In this document: positions 21,573 to 30,874 of the stretch, in pieces
Layout: the number at the start of each line of letters is the position of its first letter
How positions within the stretch are numbered: position 1 is the first letter of the stretch
NCBI GenBank assembly: GCA_043826355.1
Contig: JBDRQI010000001.1
Span: 1 to 64,000, forward strand
Direction of reading: 5' to 3'
Origin: Candidatus Omnitrophota bacterium
Lineage (GTDB): Bacteria > Ratteibacteria > UBA8468 > MWAK01
Length of the DNA: 64,000 nt
Translations under genes and position numbers: made by a program
The notes under the pieces: model-generated
What the model was told of the DNA's origin: nothing
The model's input: the letters and a program-made list of their open reading frames with translations, nothing else
Database searches by the model: none

Positions 21573-21621
21573 GCTTGAATTATGTTACTTTTTCTTCTGT
21601 TGCGATATAATATAACATATT

Positions 21622-22116
21622 ATGAAGCCGAAGCAAATAAAGCCGAAGCAGGAAAAAGCGGAGCCGGCGAAGCGGAAGCGGGTGATTGCGCCGGTCATTC
21701 AAAACCGCCGCGCCCGCTATGACTACGAAATTTTCCAAACTGTGGATGCCGGTTTGTCCCTGGCCGGACCTGAGGTAAAATCAATCAGGGGCGGCAATGC
21801 TTCCCTGGCGGATTCATTTGCCCGGCTTGACAAAAACGAACTTTTCCTGCATAATATGTATATCGCTCGGTACCCGTACAGCCGGGAGGAACTGGACTCA
21901 AGGCGTCCGAGAAAACTGCTCCTTCACAAACAGGAAATACTGAAGTTAAACCAGGCGGTTAGCCAGAAGGGCCTGACGCTGATACCTTTAAGGGTTCATT
22001 TCCGGCGCGGCTGGGCAAAGGTTGAGATAGCCATCGCCAAAAGCAAGAAGCAATTTGACAAAAGAGAGAAGATACGGCGCCGGGTATCGGATTTAGAGAT
22101 GTATAACCGTAGTTAA
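21622..22116 (+). CDS. smpB: SsrA-binding protein
   Basis: NRRARYDY, GPEVKSIR, RKLLLHK, KKQFDKRE; directly upstream of tmRNA. Confidence 0.96.
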   Translation: MKPKQIKPKQEKAEPAKRKRVIAPVIQNRRARYDYEIFQTVDAGLSLAGPEVKSIRGGNASLADSFARLDKNELFLHNMYIARYPYSREELDSRRPRKLLLHKQEILKLNQAVSQKGLTLIPLRVHFRRGWAKVEIAIAKSKKQFDKREKIRRRVSDLEMYNRS

Positions 22117-22117
22117 T

Positions 22118-22456
22118 GGGGGCGAACTGATTCGACTGGAACGGAAGCAACGGATTGGAGCATGCCGAGTTCGGGGAAGGGCTCGTTAAAATCCCCAAAA
22201 ACAAACTGCCAATACGGCAAACTATCTGGCGGCATAAGCCAGACTCCCCTCTGACTGCCTGTAGTTAGAGAGCGGAGCGGATAGCAGGCTGGCTCCTTTA
22301 TTCCGCCTTAAGATAAAGGAGTAAGAAACCTTGAGGCTACGGCCGGTTCATCCATTTCCCGAGAGGGCCCGGCAGGAAGACAAAACGGGGAAAAAGCATG
22401 TAGCGCCAACCGTTCTTTATTTCAGGACCGGAGCTCACTACTCCGCGCCTCCACCA
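22118..22456 (+). ncRNA. ssrA: tmRNA; tag peptide (A)ANTANYLAA* at 22208-22237
   Basis: 5' GGGGGCGAACTGATTCGAC; 3' CGCCTCCACCA with a G3-U pair; tag ends LAA-TAA; adjacent to smpB. Confidence 0.93.
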
Positions 22457-22488
22457 AAAGGGTCGGATTTTATCCGGCCCTTTTTTTT
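22457..22488 (+). terminator. Rho-independent terminator after tmRNA (stem resembles the REP hairpin)
   Basis: aaaagggtcggat-ttt-atccggccc followed by a T-tract. Confidence 0.8.
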
Positions 22489-22586
22489 GGAGCGACGGGC
22501 CGGCAAAGGGTGCGGGGGATCAAAGGTAAGTTCAGCAAAAAGATTTTACCGTCAGTTTAACTGTTACTGCAAACTGGAAAATCGCC

Positions 22587-24728
22587 TCATTTGTCCAATG
22601 GTTGCTGAAGATGCACATCAGGCGCAAAATGGTCCCCGACCAAATCTAAGACCTCAAAGGCGCGAGGAATTAGAGCGTAATGATCTCCGGGGTACCATTT
22701 AATCTTAACTTTTGGCAGGGATTTTTGGAGTTTTTCAGCCGCCGAAGCAGGAATAACTGTATCCGCTTCCATGTTGACCATTAAAACATCGGTCTGTGCC
22801 ATTCTGCCGGTATAGGTTGACGGGTCGAACGGTTCTAAAAATCTCTGCAAATCATCATCGGAGATGTTCTTTTCGGCGATTACCTGGCGTGCCTTTTTTG
22901 TCTCCTTAGAATCTTGTTTGATGATGGTGAACAAATCTCCACCGGCCAGTATGAAAGCGGCTTTGGGGAAGTTCCCGTCCACGCCGGCAGCAAGAGCCGC
23001 CGCGAGTCCGCCCAGACTGACTCCGCAAATTCCGATTTGGCTCGGGTCGTTCTCCGGTCTGGTCCCTAACCAGGTAGCCGCAACTCTAATATCCGAAACT
23101 GCCTGAATTAAACCCTGCCGGAGAACTTCAGGGTCGTCCAACAAACCAACGGATTTTTCCAAGTTTTTAGATGTTCTTTCTCCAAGATAAGGGAGGGTGA
23201 CGATTAAGGAGTTTACACTCCGGCTCGCTAATTGACAGGCGATTAATCGTGCCGCCTGAAGGTTGCTTGCGGTAATATCCAGCACCACAACTGCCGGCTT
23301 TTTCTCACCCTTTGCGAAATTCTGGTAATACTCGCAGGGCACCGTGTTGTTCTCCGGAAAAGGAGATTTTACCGGAGACGGAAAGGTTAGTTTCCAAACA
23401 TTAAAGTCTGTGGTTTTGGTGTTTAACTTTAAATGCCAGGATATGTTTTGTTCCGATACGGAAAAGAGGCCCAAGAATTCTTTTCTTTTTTTATCCTCTT
23501 CTCCTTTCATCGGGCGCAGGCTGGAACTTTTCAGTATTCCCTTCTCTTCCTCTCCGGGTTGCATCTGAACCGTTACAATGGAATTTTCGGCATAGGATTG
23601 GAGTTTTTTAAAATCATATTCAGTATAGGTTTGATAACAGGCTTGAAAATCGGGCTGGGTCGGGTCAGCGGCTACTGCCAGCCACATCTTACCTTCAGCC
23701 GGCGCGAAGATGGCGTTATGAAGGTTGCTTTGCATGGCAACCGGCCTTTTCATGATTTCAACTAAAAGATTCCTGTCTATTTTACCGTAATTTTCCTTTA
23801 TCCTCTGAAGCAGTTTAACGTAGCGGTCATCGCCTGAGGCAATAATAGTGTCTTGCGGCGGCGCTTCCGGCCAGCCTGGGTATGCTTCGCCCGGTTTAAA
23901 AACATCCACTCTTTCCGGAATGCAGTACAGGGTCCGGGCATCCGGAATCTTGCCATCCGAAATGACATAGTAGTATTCGCAGGTACGCGGGCTGTCTTGA
24001 AAGACCTTTACACTGGAATCCAGAGAGTCGGCCTCTTCCAGGACCCGACGCACCAGAAACGACATCGGCACTCCGGACCATTTTTCGGCTCCTCCTCCAC
24101 CCATTTCGCCGACGGCAATCTGCCGGTCGTTCATTCCGGTTACGCTGCCGATAAAGCCGGTAAAACCAGCGGTGATGAAAGCGTGATGTTTATCCGGTTG
24201 AAAAACCGTCACGGTTGCGAACTTCTGCATCCCGATTTCGGTCATGTAGTCAAGAATGCGGCCGTGCAACAATTCTCCGTTTTTGGTTGCCTTGCCGAAA
24301 ACGGCAATACCGCTGCAGTGGAAAAGTTCCGGGAAGAGATTGGCCAACTGCACCTTTTCCAGCGGGATTTCTGCTCCGTCGGCCAGCCCTTTCATTTCTT
24401 CCAAATAGCGGGACGGAATGAAGTTTTTCGTTGCCTGCCAGGCTCTTTCCAAAGAGCCTGGCTTCGTGGCATAAGATATCATTAACACGACCTCGGTCAG
24501 TTTTTTTATTTCCTCTTTCAGAAGAACACCGTGCTGATACCCCATTTCGTAAGGGTTCCCTTTTAGCACCAGAACCTTTTGGCCGTCCTTTTCCAAAAGG
24601 GCGCTCTTCCCGCACCGATTGAGCACCTTGACCTGAGCGCTGAGATTGGTTCCGGCCAGAAAAACGAAACAGAAGACGAGTTTTAGAAGAATCCGGAGCA
24701 AAAAATTTGCTTTACGCTGCTTATTCAT
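22587..24728 (-). CDS. Secreted C45-family Ntn hydrolase/acyltransferase fused to an alpha/beta hydrolase
   Basis: Signal peptide; YEMGYQHG, FH-CSG autocleavage Cys, GRILDY, VTGMN; C-terminal GVSLGG, D and GDH. Confidence 0.75.
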   Translation of the reverse strand: MNKQRKANFLLRILLKLVFCFVFLAGTNLSAQVKVLNRCGKSALLEKDGQKVLVLKGNPYEMGYQHGVLLKEEIKKLTEVVLMISYATKPGSLERAWQATKNFIPSRYLEEMKGLADGAEIPLEKVQLANLFPELFHCSGIAVFGKATKNGELLHGRILDYMTEIGMQKFATVTVFQPDKHHAFITAGFTGFIGSVTGMNDRQIAVGEMGGGGAEKWSGVPMSFLVRRVLEEADSLDSSVKVFQDSPRTCEYYYVISDGKIPDARTLYCIPERVDVFKPGEAYPGWPEAPPQDTIIASGDDRYVKLLQRIKENYGKIDRNLLVEIMKRPVAMQSNLHNAIFAPAEGKMWLAVAADPTQPDFQACYQTYTEYDFKKLQSYAENSIVTVQMQPGEEEKGILKSSSLRPMKGEEDKKRKEFLGLFSVSEQNISWHLKLNTKTTDFNVWKLTFPSPVKSPFPENNTVPCEYYQNFAKGEKKPAVVVLDITASNLQAARLIACQLASRSVNSLIVTLPYLGERTSKNLEKSVGLLDDPEVLRQGLIQAVSDIRVAATWLGTRPENDPSQIGICGVSLGGLAAALAAGVDGNFPKAAFILAGGDLFTIIKQDSKETKKARQVIAEKNISDDDLQRFLEPFDPSTYTGRMAQTDVLMVNMEADTVIPASAAEKLQKSLPKVKIKWYPGDHYALIPRAFEVLDLVGDHFAPDVHLQQPLDK

Positions 24729-24818
24729 TTGACATTCCTGTCTGTTTGCCTGGCAAAAAGAGATATTTCGTATCTTACGCCGCGGGTCTTATCACCGCTT
24801 CTTCCTTTTTCACGTGTT

Positions 24819-25778
24819 TTATAATATTTTTTTGATTTCTGCCAGAATTAAACGTTCGGATTCTTCCAGGCCGGTGTTGATAGTACAGCCGGCCGCATTA
24901 CGGTGCCCGCCGCCGCCGAATTCGGAGGCAACCTTCTGTACATCATAGTTATTCTTTGAACGCAGGTTAACCCGGGTTTTCCCATCGGACAGTTCCTTCA
25001 GGACAAAGGTAACGCGGTTGCCTTCAACTACCCTCAGGTAGTCGATAAAATTCTCGCTGTCGCATTCGGAAGTGCCGGTCTCCCGGTACATCTGCCGGCT
25101 TACCTTGCAGTAGACCACGTGTCCGTCCGGCGTCTGTTTGAGGGTGGAAAGAGCTTTGCCCAGCAAGAGCAGGGTGGCGAATAAGACCTGTTCGTAAATT
25201 CCTTCCACGATCCGGTTCGGTTCTGCGCCGCTGTCGATGAGGTCGGCGGTGATACGCAGGGTCTGGGCGTTGGTGTTAAAGCGGAACGAGGAGGTGTCGG
25301 TGAGGATGGCCGCATAGAGCGCCGAGGCGATTTCCGGGGTTATCTTTTCGCCGGACCGGATAATGACATCGTGAATAATTTCCCCGCACGCGGAAACCCC
25401 CGGTGAAACCAGGTTCACGTTTCCGTAAAGTCCATTGTCAAAATGGTGGTCAATGTTAAGGATTGGCACGTCCTCCGCCAGCCTGCCGGACTGGCCGGCG
25501 CGGTATTTGCTGCTGCACTCCAGAAATACGGCGGCTTCAAAAGAATCCCGGAAACGGGGCCGGCGTTTGAAATCGGCTACGGTCTGAATCGTTTCGCTTC
25601 CCTCCAGAAACCGGTAGTCGGGCGGCACCGGTTCGTCGTTGACGATTACCACTTTTTTACCCTTCGCCTTAAGGAAGAAATAAAGCGCTATTTCACTCCC
25701 GATTGCGTCTCCGTCCGGAGACAGGTGGCTGGTGATAAAAAAAGAGTGGTAAGTGTTCAAAAACTTCAGTTCATCCAT
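24819..25778 (-). CDS. nrnA: DHH-family phosphoesterase (NrnA-like oligoribonuclease/pAp phosphatase)
   Basis: HLSPDGDAIGS, IDHH, TDT, GGGGHRNAAG. Confidence 0.9.
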   Translation of the reverse strand: MDELKFLNTYHSFFITSHLSPDGDAIGSEIALYFFLKAKGKKVVIVNDEPVPPDYRFLEGSETIQTVADFKRRPRFRDSFEAAVFLECSSKYRAGQSGRLAEDVPILNIDHHFDNGLYGNVNLVSPGVSACGEIIHDVIIRSGEKITPEIASALYAAILTDTSSFRFNTNAQTLRITADLIDSGAEPNRIVEGIYEQVLFATLLLLGKALSTLKQTPDGHVVYCKVSRQMYRETGTSECDSENFIDYLRVVEGNRVTFVLKELSDGKTRVNLRSKNNYDVQKVASEFGGGGHRNAAGCTINTGLEESERLILAEIKKIL

Positions 25779-26842
25779 ATTCGGGCAGCAAGGCCTTTCT
25801 TCAGGTTAGAGAGGCCTTCTCCGGTGAGACTGGAAACAAAAAGCGCTTCCGGAAATTTGCGTCCGAACCGTTCTTTTTGTTCTACAGTCAAAAGGTCCAG
25901 TTTGTTAATTACGACCAGTTGCGGCAGGTTTCCCGCCGAAACCTGGTTTAAAACGTCTCTCGTTGTACGGTAATGCTCTGAAATCAGTCCGGAATTTCCA
26001 TCCAGGACTATCATAATCAGTTGCGCGGCGGATATTCCTTCCAGGGTCGCGTGGAACGCGGCGACCAGGGTGTGAGACAGGTTATGGAGGAACCCAACCG
26101 TATCGGTCGCCACCGCAATTTTGTTTTCACCGAAATAAATGCGCCGCGTAGTGGTATCAAGCGTGGCAAAAAGCTTGTCGGCTACCAGCGTCGCTTTTTT
26201 ACGGCACAGAGCATTAAGGAGCGCGCTCTTGCCGGCATTGGTGTATCCGACCAGCGCAATCTCCGGTACACCCCTGCCTTTGCGCAGGTCCCGGAGTTTT
26301 TGCCGCTGTTTTTCCAGGGCGGAAATCCGGGTTTCCAGGCGCTGAATATGTTCCCGGGCTCTCCGGCGCTCTTCCTCCAGTTTCATTTCGCCGGGACCGC
26401 GGGTACCGATGCCTCCGCCCAGACGGGAGAAAAGAATGCCTCTGCCGGTCATTCGGGAGAGGCGGTAATTCTCCCAGGCCAGCTCCACTTGAAGTTTTCC
26501 GGCGGCGCTGTGGGCGTGTTTGGAAAAGATTTGCAGGATCAGGCTGGTCCGGTCCAGTATCTCTACGCCCCAGCTCTCTTTTAAGTTCCGTTGTTGAATT
26601 CCGGAAAGGTCCAGATTTAAGACAGCCCGGGTAAAACCTTTTTCTTTAATCCGGCCGGTAATTTCCGCTACCTTTCCTTTTCCGAAATAGGTTGTTGCGT
26701 TCGGTTCCCTGACCTTAAGCGCTTCTATCTCTCCCGTCGTAATTCCGGCGGTCCGGCAGAGATTTTGCAGTTCCGCAATCGCCTCTTCGGCCGGAAAACC
26801 TTGCGGACCTTCGTCAACCACAATCAATAGTGATTTCAGCAA
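25766..26842 (-). CDS. hflX: GTPase HflX
   Basis: GIGTRGPGE, GYTNAGKS, LFATLD, DTVGF, NKLD. Confidence 0.96.
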   Translation of the reverse strand: MLKSLLIVVDEGPQGFPAEEAIAELQNLCRTAGITTGEIEALKVREPNATTYFGKGKVAEITGRIKEKGFTRAVLNLDLSGIQQRNLKESWGVEILDRTSLILQIFSKHAHSAAGKLQVELAWENYRLSRMTGRGILFSRLGGGIGTRGPGEMKLEEERRRAREHIQRLETRISALEKQRQKLRDLRKGRGVPEIALVGYTNAGKSALLNALCRKKATLVADKLFATLDTTTRRIYFGENKIAVATDTVGFLHNLSHTLVAAFHATLEGISAAQLIMIVLDGNSGLISEHYRTTRDVLNQVSAGNLPQLVVINKLDLLTVEQKERFGRKFPEALFVSSLTGEGLSNLKKGLAARIWMN

Positions 26843-26937
26843 TTTTATTTAAGATAATCACAGTGATTACGAATAAGGAAATTTCAATGATTGTAATTCC
26901 TGCAATCAGTTTTTAAATCGGTGCAGTCGACACAGTA

Positions 26938-27255
26938 TTACTGTGTCTTGATTTCCAGAATTTCCACCAGAGAATAAGACTGGCGGTGACCGAACGCCTT
27001 CTTATAGTCTTTTTTCGATTTTCGCTTGAAAACCAGAATCTTCCTATTCTTGCCTTCGGATATTACCTTTGCCTTCACCTTGATTTTGGATAGTTTCTTT
27101 TGGTCGGTTACCACCGTTCCCTCGTCAGAGGTGAAGAGCAGCACCTGGCCGAAGGCAACCTCATTCTTTTTTTGTTCGGGCAGTTTTTCCACTTTCAATT
27201 TCATGCCCGGGGACACGATGTACTGCTTTCCGCCGGTTTCGATTACGGCTTGCAT
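26938..27255 (-). CDS. rplU: 50S ribosomal protein L21
   Basis: MQAVIETGGKQY, GHRQ. Confidence 0.96.
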   Translation of the reverse strand: MQAVIETGGKQYIVSPGMKLKVEKLPEQKKNEVAFGQVLLFTSDEGTVVTDQKKLSKIKVKAKVISEGKNRKILVFKRKSKKDYKKAFGHRQSYSLVEILEIKTQ

Positions 27256-27324
27256 TATGGCCTCCGTTTTTGTTTTTTAACCCTAAAACGTTATATAATA
27301 TCACAAACTTGGGGAAAATACACT

Positions 27325-27627
27325 ATGAAACGGCAGGATGTTACCAAAAAAATTTCTGAAAAGACCGGGCTGGAGCAGAAAGCGATTGCTGAAGTTCTTA
27401 AAATTTTTCTGGTTGAAATCGAAGCCGGTGTTTTAGAAAGAAGGTCCATCCAACTGCGGCCGCTTGGAACATTCGTGGTAAAGAAACGTCGGGCAAAGAT
27501 GGGCCGGAATCCCTTTACCAACGAACCGGTCCCGGTGCCCGAGCATTTCACCCTCACCTTTCGGCCCAGCCGCCGTTTTAAGACAAAACTCAACCAGAAA
27601 CAACCCGGTCAATCTTTCCTTTTTTAA
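27325..27627 (+). CDS. HU/IHF-family DNA-binding protein
   Basis: LGTF, RAKMGRNPFT, FRPS; start moved to ATG 27325. Confidence 0.9.
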   Translation: MKRQDVTKKISEKTGLEQKAIAEVLKIFLVEIEAGVLERRSIQLRPLGTFVVKKRRAKMGRNPFTNEPVPVPEHFTLTFRPSRRFKTKLNQKQPGQSFLF

Positions 27628-27657
27628 CGGGGGTATTTTTTACGCCGCCCGCGGGAC

Positions 27658-28461
27658 ATGTTGAAAATTATAATTTTAGCGCTGGTTCAGGGGTTGGCGG
27701 AATTTCTACCTGTTTCCAGTTCCGGACACCTGGCGCTTATCAATCATTTTTTTCCACGGACCCCGGATGATTTTTTTCTGACGGTTTTTCTGCACGGCGG
27801 GACGCTGTTAGCAACAATAATCTACTTCTGGCCGGATATCGTCCGGCTTTTTGCCGGTCTCCGTCCACAGTCTGAGAAAGGCAGGGAAAGCCGAAAATAT
27901 CTGACGGCCATCATAGCGGGCAGTATTCCGATCGCCACTCTGGGCCTGTTCCTGGAAAAATGGGCGAAAGGTATTTTTATTTCCTTGCCTCTTCTGGCGG
28001 TAATGTTCCTGGTTACCGGGCTGGCGCTGGCGAGCGCCAGTTTAAAACTCCCCCCCCACCCATCCCTCTCCCCCGAGGGGGGAGGTAAGGTGGGGAGGGT
28101 AAATCTTTTTCACGCTTTTATTATCGGCTGCGCGCAACTGGTGGCGGTTTTGCCCGGTATTTCACGCAGCGGCGGTACTATCTCTGCCGGACTCATTTCC
28201 GGCCTTTCCCGGCAGGAGGCATTCCGCTTCTCTTTCCTGCTTTCTCTGCCGGCGGTGGCCGGCGCTTTCGTTATTGAAGGCGTTAAAAGCCTGAAGGCCG
28301 GAATCGCAATTCCCCTGCCGCAGATTGTGATTGGTTTTATGTTAAGTTTTATGTTCGGACTCCTGGCGCTCCATCTTTTACGCCGCCTGGTCCTGGCCGG
28401 CCGCCTGGCCTGGTTCAGCGTCTACCTTCTTGTTTTGGGTCTTTTCACAATGTTTCTTTGA
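27658..28461 (+). CDS. uppP: Undecaprenyl-diphosphate phosphatase, with an in-frame repeat insertion
   Basis: QGLAEFLPVSSSGH, PGISRSG, FSFLLS. Confidence 0.95.
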   Translation: MLKIIILALVQGLAEFLPVSSSGHLALINHFFPRTPDDFFLTVFLHGGTLLATIIYFWPDIVRLFAGLRPQSEKGRESRKYLTAIIAGSIPIATLGLFLEKWAKGIFISLPLLAVMFLVTGLALASASLKLPPHPSLSPEGGGKVGRVNLFHAFIIGCAQLVAVLPGISRSGGTISAGLISGLSRQEAFRFSFLLSLPAVAGAFVIEGVKSLKAGIAIPLPQIVIGFMLSFMFGLLALHLLRRLVLAGRLAWFSVYLLVLGLFTMFL

Positions 28462-28496
28462 TTTAGAAAAATAATTATTCGTAGGCAAATGCCATT

Positions 28497-29759
28497 ATGG
28501 AATTGAAGACCGTTCTTGCTTCCCTTGGAGAGATGGAATTCTATGATGACCTGGTTCCCTGGTGGGATGAAGGAATAATGACGCTGCCTTCGCACCGCCC
28601 ATCATTTTTGAATCCTCCGGAAGTCAAAATATGCCGGGAATGGTGCGGTTTCGAAGCCGCCCTGGATCCCCTGCTGGAAAATGTGGCGAACCGTATTGCC
28701 GGCGACCCGTATTTGTTGCGTCTCGCCTGGTACTTTTATTGGAATATTTTCGAATGTGCGGGACGTTTCTGGAAACGGAGTCCTTCTTTCCAAAGTTCAC
28801 TCGGCGGGGACGGGGGCATTTTATATCTTCTGGTGGCGCTGGGCCTGGTGCCGCGGCTGAGGAATTACCACCAGACGCTCGGCGTGCCGGAGAACGTTAC
28901 CCGTGAAACGTGTCAACAAGTCCGTTGGGTTTGCGGCAACTATGAGCGCGTTCACCAAGGCCGTCGCGGCCTCTTCATACGTCAGCTTACCTGGCTGCAG
29001 CTTTACCTGCGCGGCAACCTATTTTTTCGCCTCGGGCGTTTTGAGTACTGGTTGAATTTTTTCCCGGGCGGACTCCACGTTTTTCGCAACCGCCAGACGG
29101 ACGAAGTTGTTGTTTTGGCTGATGCCGGCAGCGTTTTTACCCGCGAGGGATTCGCGGAACCCGCCGGGCAGGAGAATTCACCGCCGGAGTGCTGGAAGTC
29201 GTCGTTCGTCATGGACGCCGCGGCTGTTAAGGGTTATCCAATCTCACCGTGGGGTAAGGCCATTCGGAACGAAATTTCGTTACCGCTTGATTTGTGGCAA
29301 CCGGCGCTGGTGAAGGGCGACCCGGTTTTATCCCTGCACATTCCTCCCGGCGGCAAGATGGGGATCAACGAATGTGGTGAATCTTTGAATCGCGCGGTGG
29401 AGTTCTTTCGCCGCAATTTTCCTGAAAAACCGCCGGTGGCCATTACCTGTTCTTCCTGGATGTTCAGCCCGCTGCTGGAACAGATTCTGCCGCCCGCTTC
29501 AAATCTGGTGTTGTTCGAGCGAGAACTCTATCTCTATTCCTGTGCGAGCACGGAACTGTCATGGTTATGGTTTGTTTTTCTGCAGGAAAAGCTGGACTTC
29601 AAAACGGCGCCGCGCGAAACCAGTCTGCAGCGTGCAATTCTGGGTTTTCTGGAAGCAGGGCATACCTGGCGTAACGGCAACATGTTTTTTCTCATTGATG
29701 ATTTGAAGCATTTCGGCAAGCAGTATTACCGCAGCAAATGGACGTTAGGGACACCGTGA
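28497..29759 (+). CDS. Acyltransferase-domain / GNAT-like C-terminal domain protein (DUF5596-like)
   Basis: FRLGRFEY, LSLHIPPGG, CSSWMF, ETSLQR. Confidence 0.65.
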   Translation: MELKTVLASLGEMEFYDDLVPWWDEGIMTLPSHRPSFLNPPEVKICREWCGFEAALDPLLENVANRIAGDPYLLRLAWYFYWNIFECAGRFWKRSPSFQSSLGGDGGILYLLVALGLVPRLRNYHQTLGVPENVTRETCQQVRWVCGNYERVHQGRRGLFIRQLTWLQLYLRGNLFFRLGRFEYWLNFFPGGLHVFRNRQTDEVVVLADAGSVFTREGFAEPAGQENSPPECWKSSFVMDAAAVKGYPISPWGKAIRNEISLPLDLWQPALVKGDPVLSLHIPPGGKMGINECGESLNRAVEFFRRNFPEKPPVAITCSSWMFSPLLEQILPPASNLVLFERELYLYSCASTELSWLWFVFLQEKLDFKTAPRETSLQRAILGFLEAGHTWRNGNMFFLIDDLKHFGKQYYRSKWTLGTP

Positions 29760-29826
29760 CGGGAAAACGTCAGGAAACAAGTTTTCGGAGTCGTTTTTAA
29801 AATCCGTTTTTAAGGGAGACAATGAG

Positions 29827-30651
29827 ATGGAAAACACAGCGGAATTATTCAGTTTGAAAGATAAAACCGCGGTAATTACCGGCGGCGCCGGGGTACTTGG
29901 TTTTCAGATGGCGCAGGGTTTAGGCCGGGCCGGCGCCGGCATCATAATCTGCGACGTTAAAAACGCCGAAGCGAAAGCAGGTGAACTGAAAGCGGAAGGG
30001 ATAGCCGCGAAGGGATATTTCATTGATGTTCTCAAGAAGGATGAAATCAAAAAATGCTGTGATGGGGTAAGGAAAGATTTTCCGACCATAGACATCCTGG
30101 TTAATGCGGCCGGCGGAAACATGAAAGAAGCCACCACCTCAAAAGAACTGAGTTTTTTTGACCTACCCCTGACCGCGCTGGAAAAGGTTGTCTCCCTTAA
30201 CCTTTTCGGCGGGGCAATCCTGCCGTCCCAGGTTTTCGGTAAATTTATGGCGGAGAACAAGACCGGCGGTTCCATTATCAATATCTCCTCAATGAACGCT
30301 TTTCGGCCCTTAACCAGGATTCCCGGTTATTCAGCCGCCAAGGCAGCGGTTAACAACTTTACCCAGTGGCTGGCGGTTCATCTGGCGCAGGAATATAACA
30401 AAAATCTCCGGGTCAACGCCATTGCGCCGGGATTTTTTTCCACGGAACAGAACCGTTTTCTTCTTTTTGACGATAAAGGGGAATTGACGGAAAGGGGCAG
30501 GTTAATTATCGCGCATACGCCGATGGGGAAGTTTGGAGAACCGAAAGAGCTGATTGGCGCGCTAATCTACCTGGCTTCCGATGCTTCAAAGTTTGTAACC
30601 GGCGTGGTACTGCCGATAGACGGCGGCTTCAGCGCGTTCTCGGGTGTTTGA
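29827..30651 (+). CDS. SDR oxidoreductase, D-mannonate/fructuronate oxidoreductase-like
   Basis: TGGAGVLG, NAAGGN, SSMNAFRPLTRIPGYSAAK, APGFF. Confidence 0.85.
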   Translation: MENTAELFSLKDKTAVITGGAGVLGFQMAQGLGRAGAGIIICDVKNAEAKAGELKAEGIAAKGYFIDVLKKDEIKKCCDGVRKDFPTIDILVNAAGGNMKEATTSKELSFFDLPLTALEKVVSLNLFGGAILPSQVFGKFMAENKTGGSIINISSMNAFRPLTRIPGYSAAKAAVNNFTQWLAVHLAQEYNKNLRVNAIAPGFFSTEQNRFLLFDDKGELTERGRLIIAHTPMGKFGEPKELIGALIYLASDASKFVTGVVLPIDGGFSAFSGV

Positions 30652-30676
30652 TAAAGTAAAACGCCCCTTTGTGTCA

Positions 30677-30845
30677 GACAAAACTACGCAACTCGTAAGC
30701 GAGCCCCCTTTCCAGAGCTTTGGAAAGGGTACCCGTGCCGTGTTCTCACTTGGAACGCAGGTGAGAACACGGCCACTCACTTCTTCGTTCTGCTTGTTTT
30801 GTGACTGATACTCCGTGAAGTTTTAATTTATCAAACATCCTCGTT
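30677..30845 (+). repeat. ~140-bp dispersed repeat, copy 1 (contains a nested hairpin module)
   Basis: gacaaaactacgcaactc...ccgtgttctca...tgcttgttttgt...atcctcgtt, shared with 41303-41442 and the reverse complement of 38806-38944. Confidence 0.8.
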
Positions 30846-30874
30846 CGCTTAAGTTTATTTTAGGAGGAGATAAA

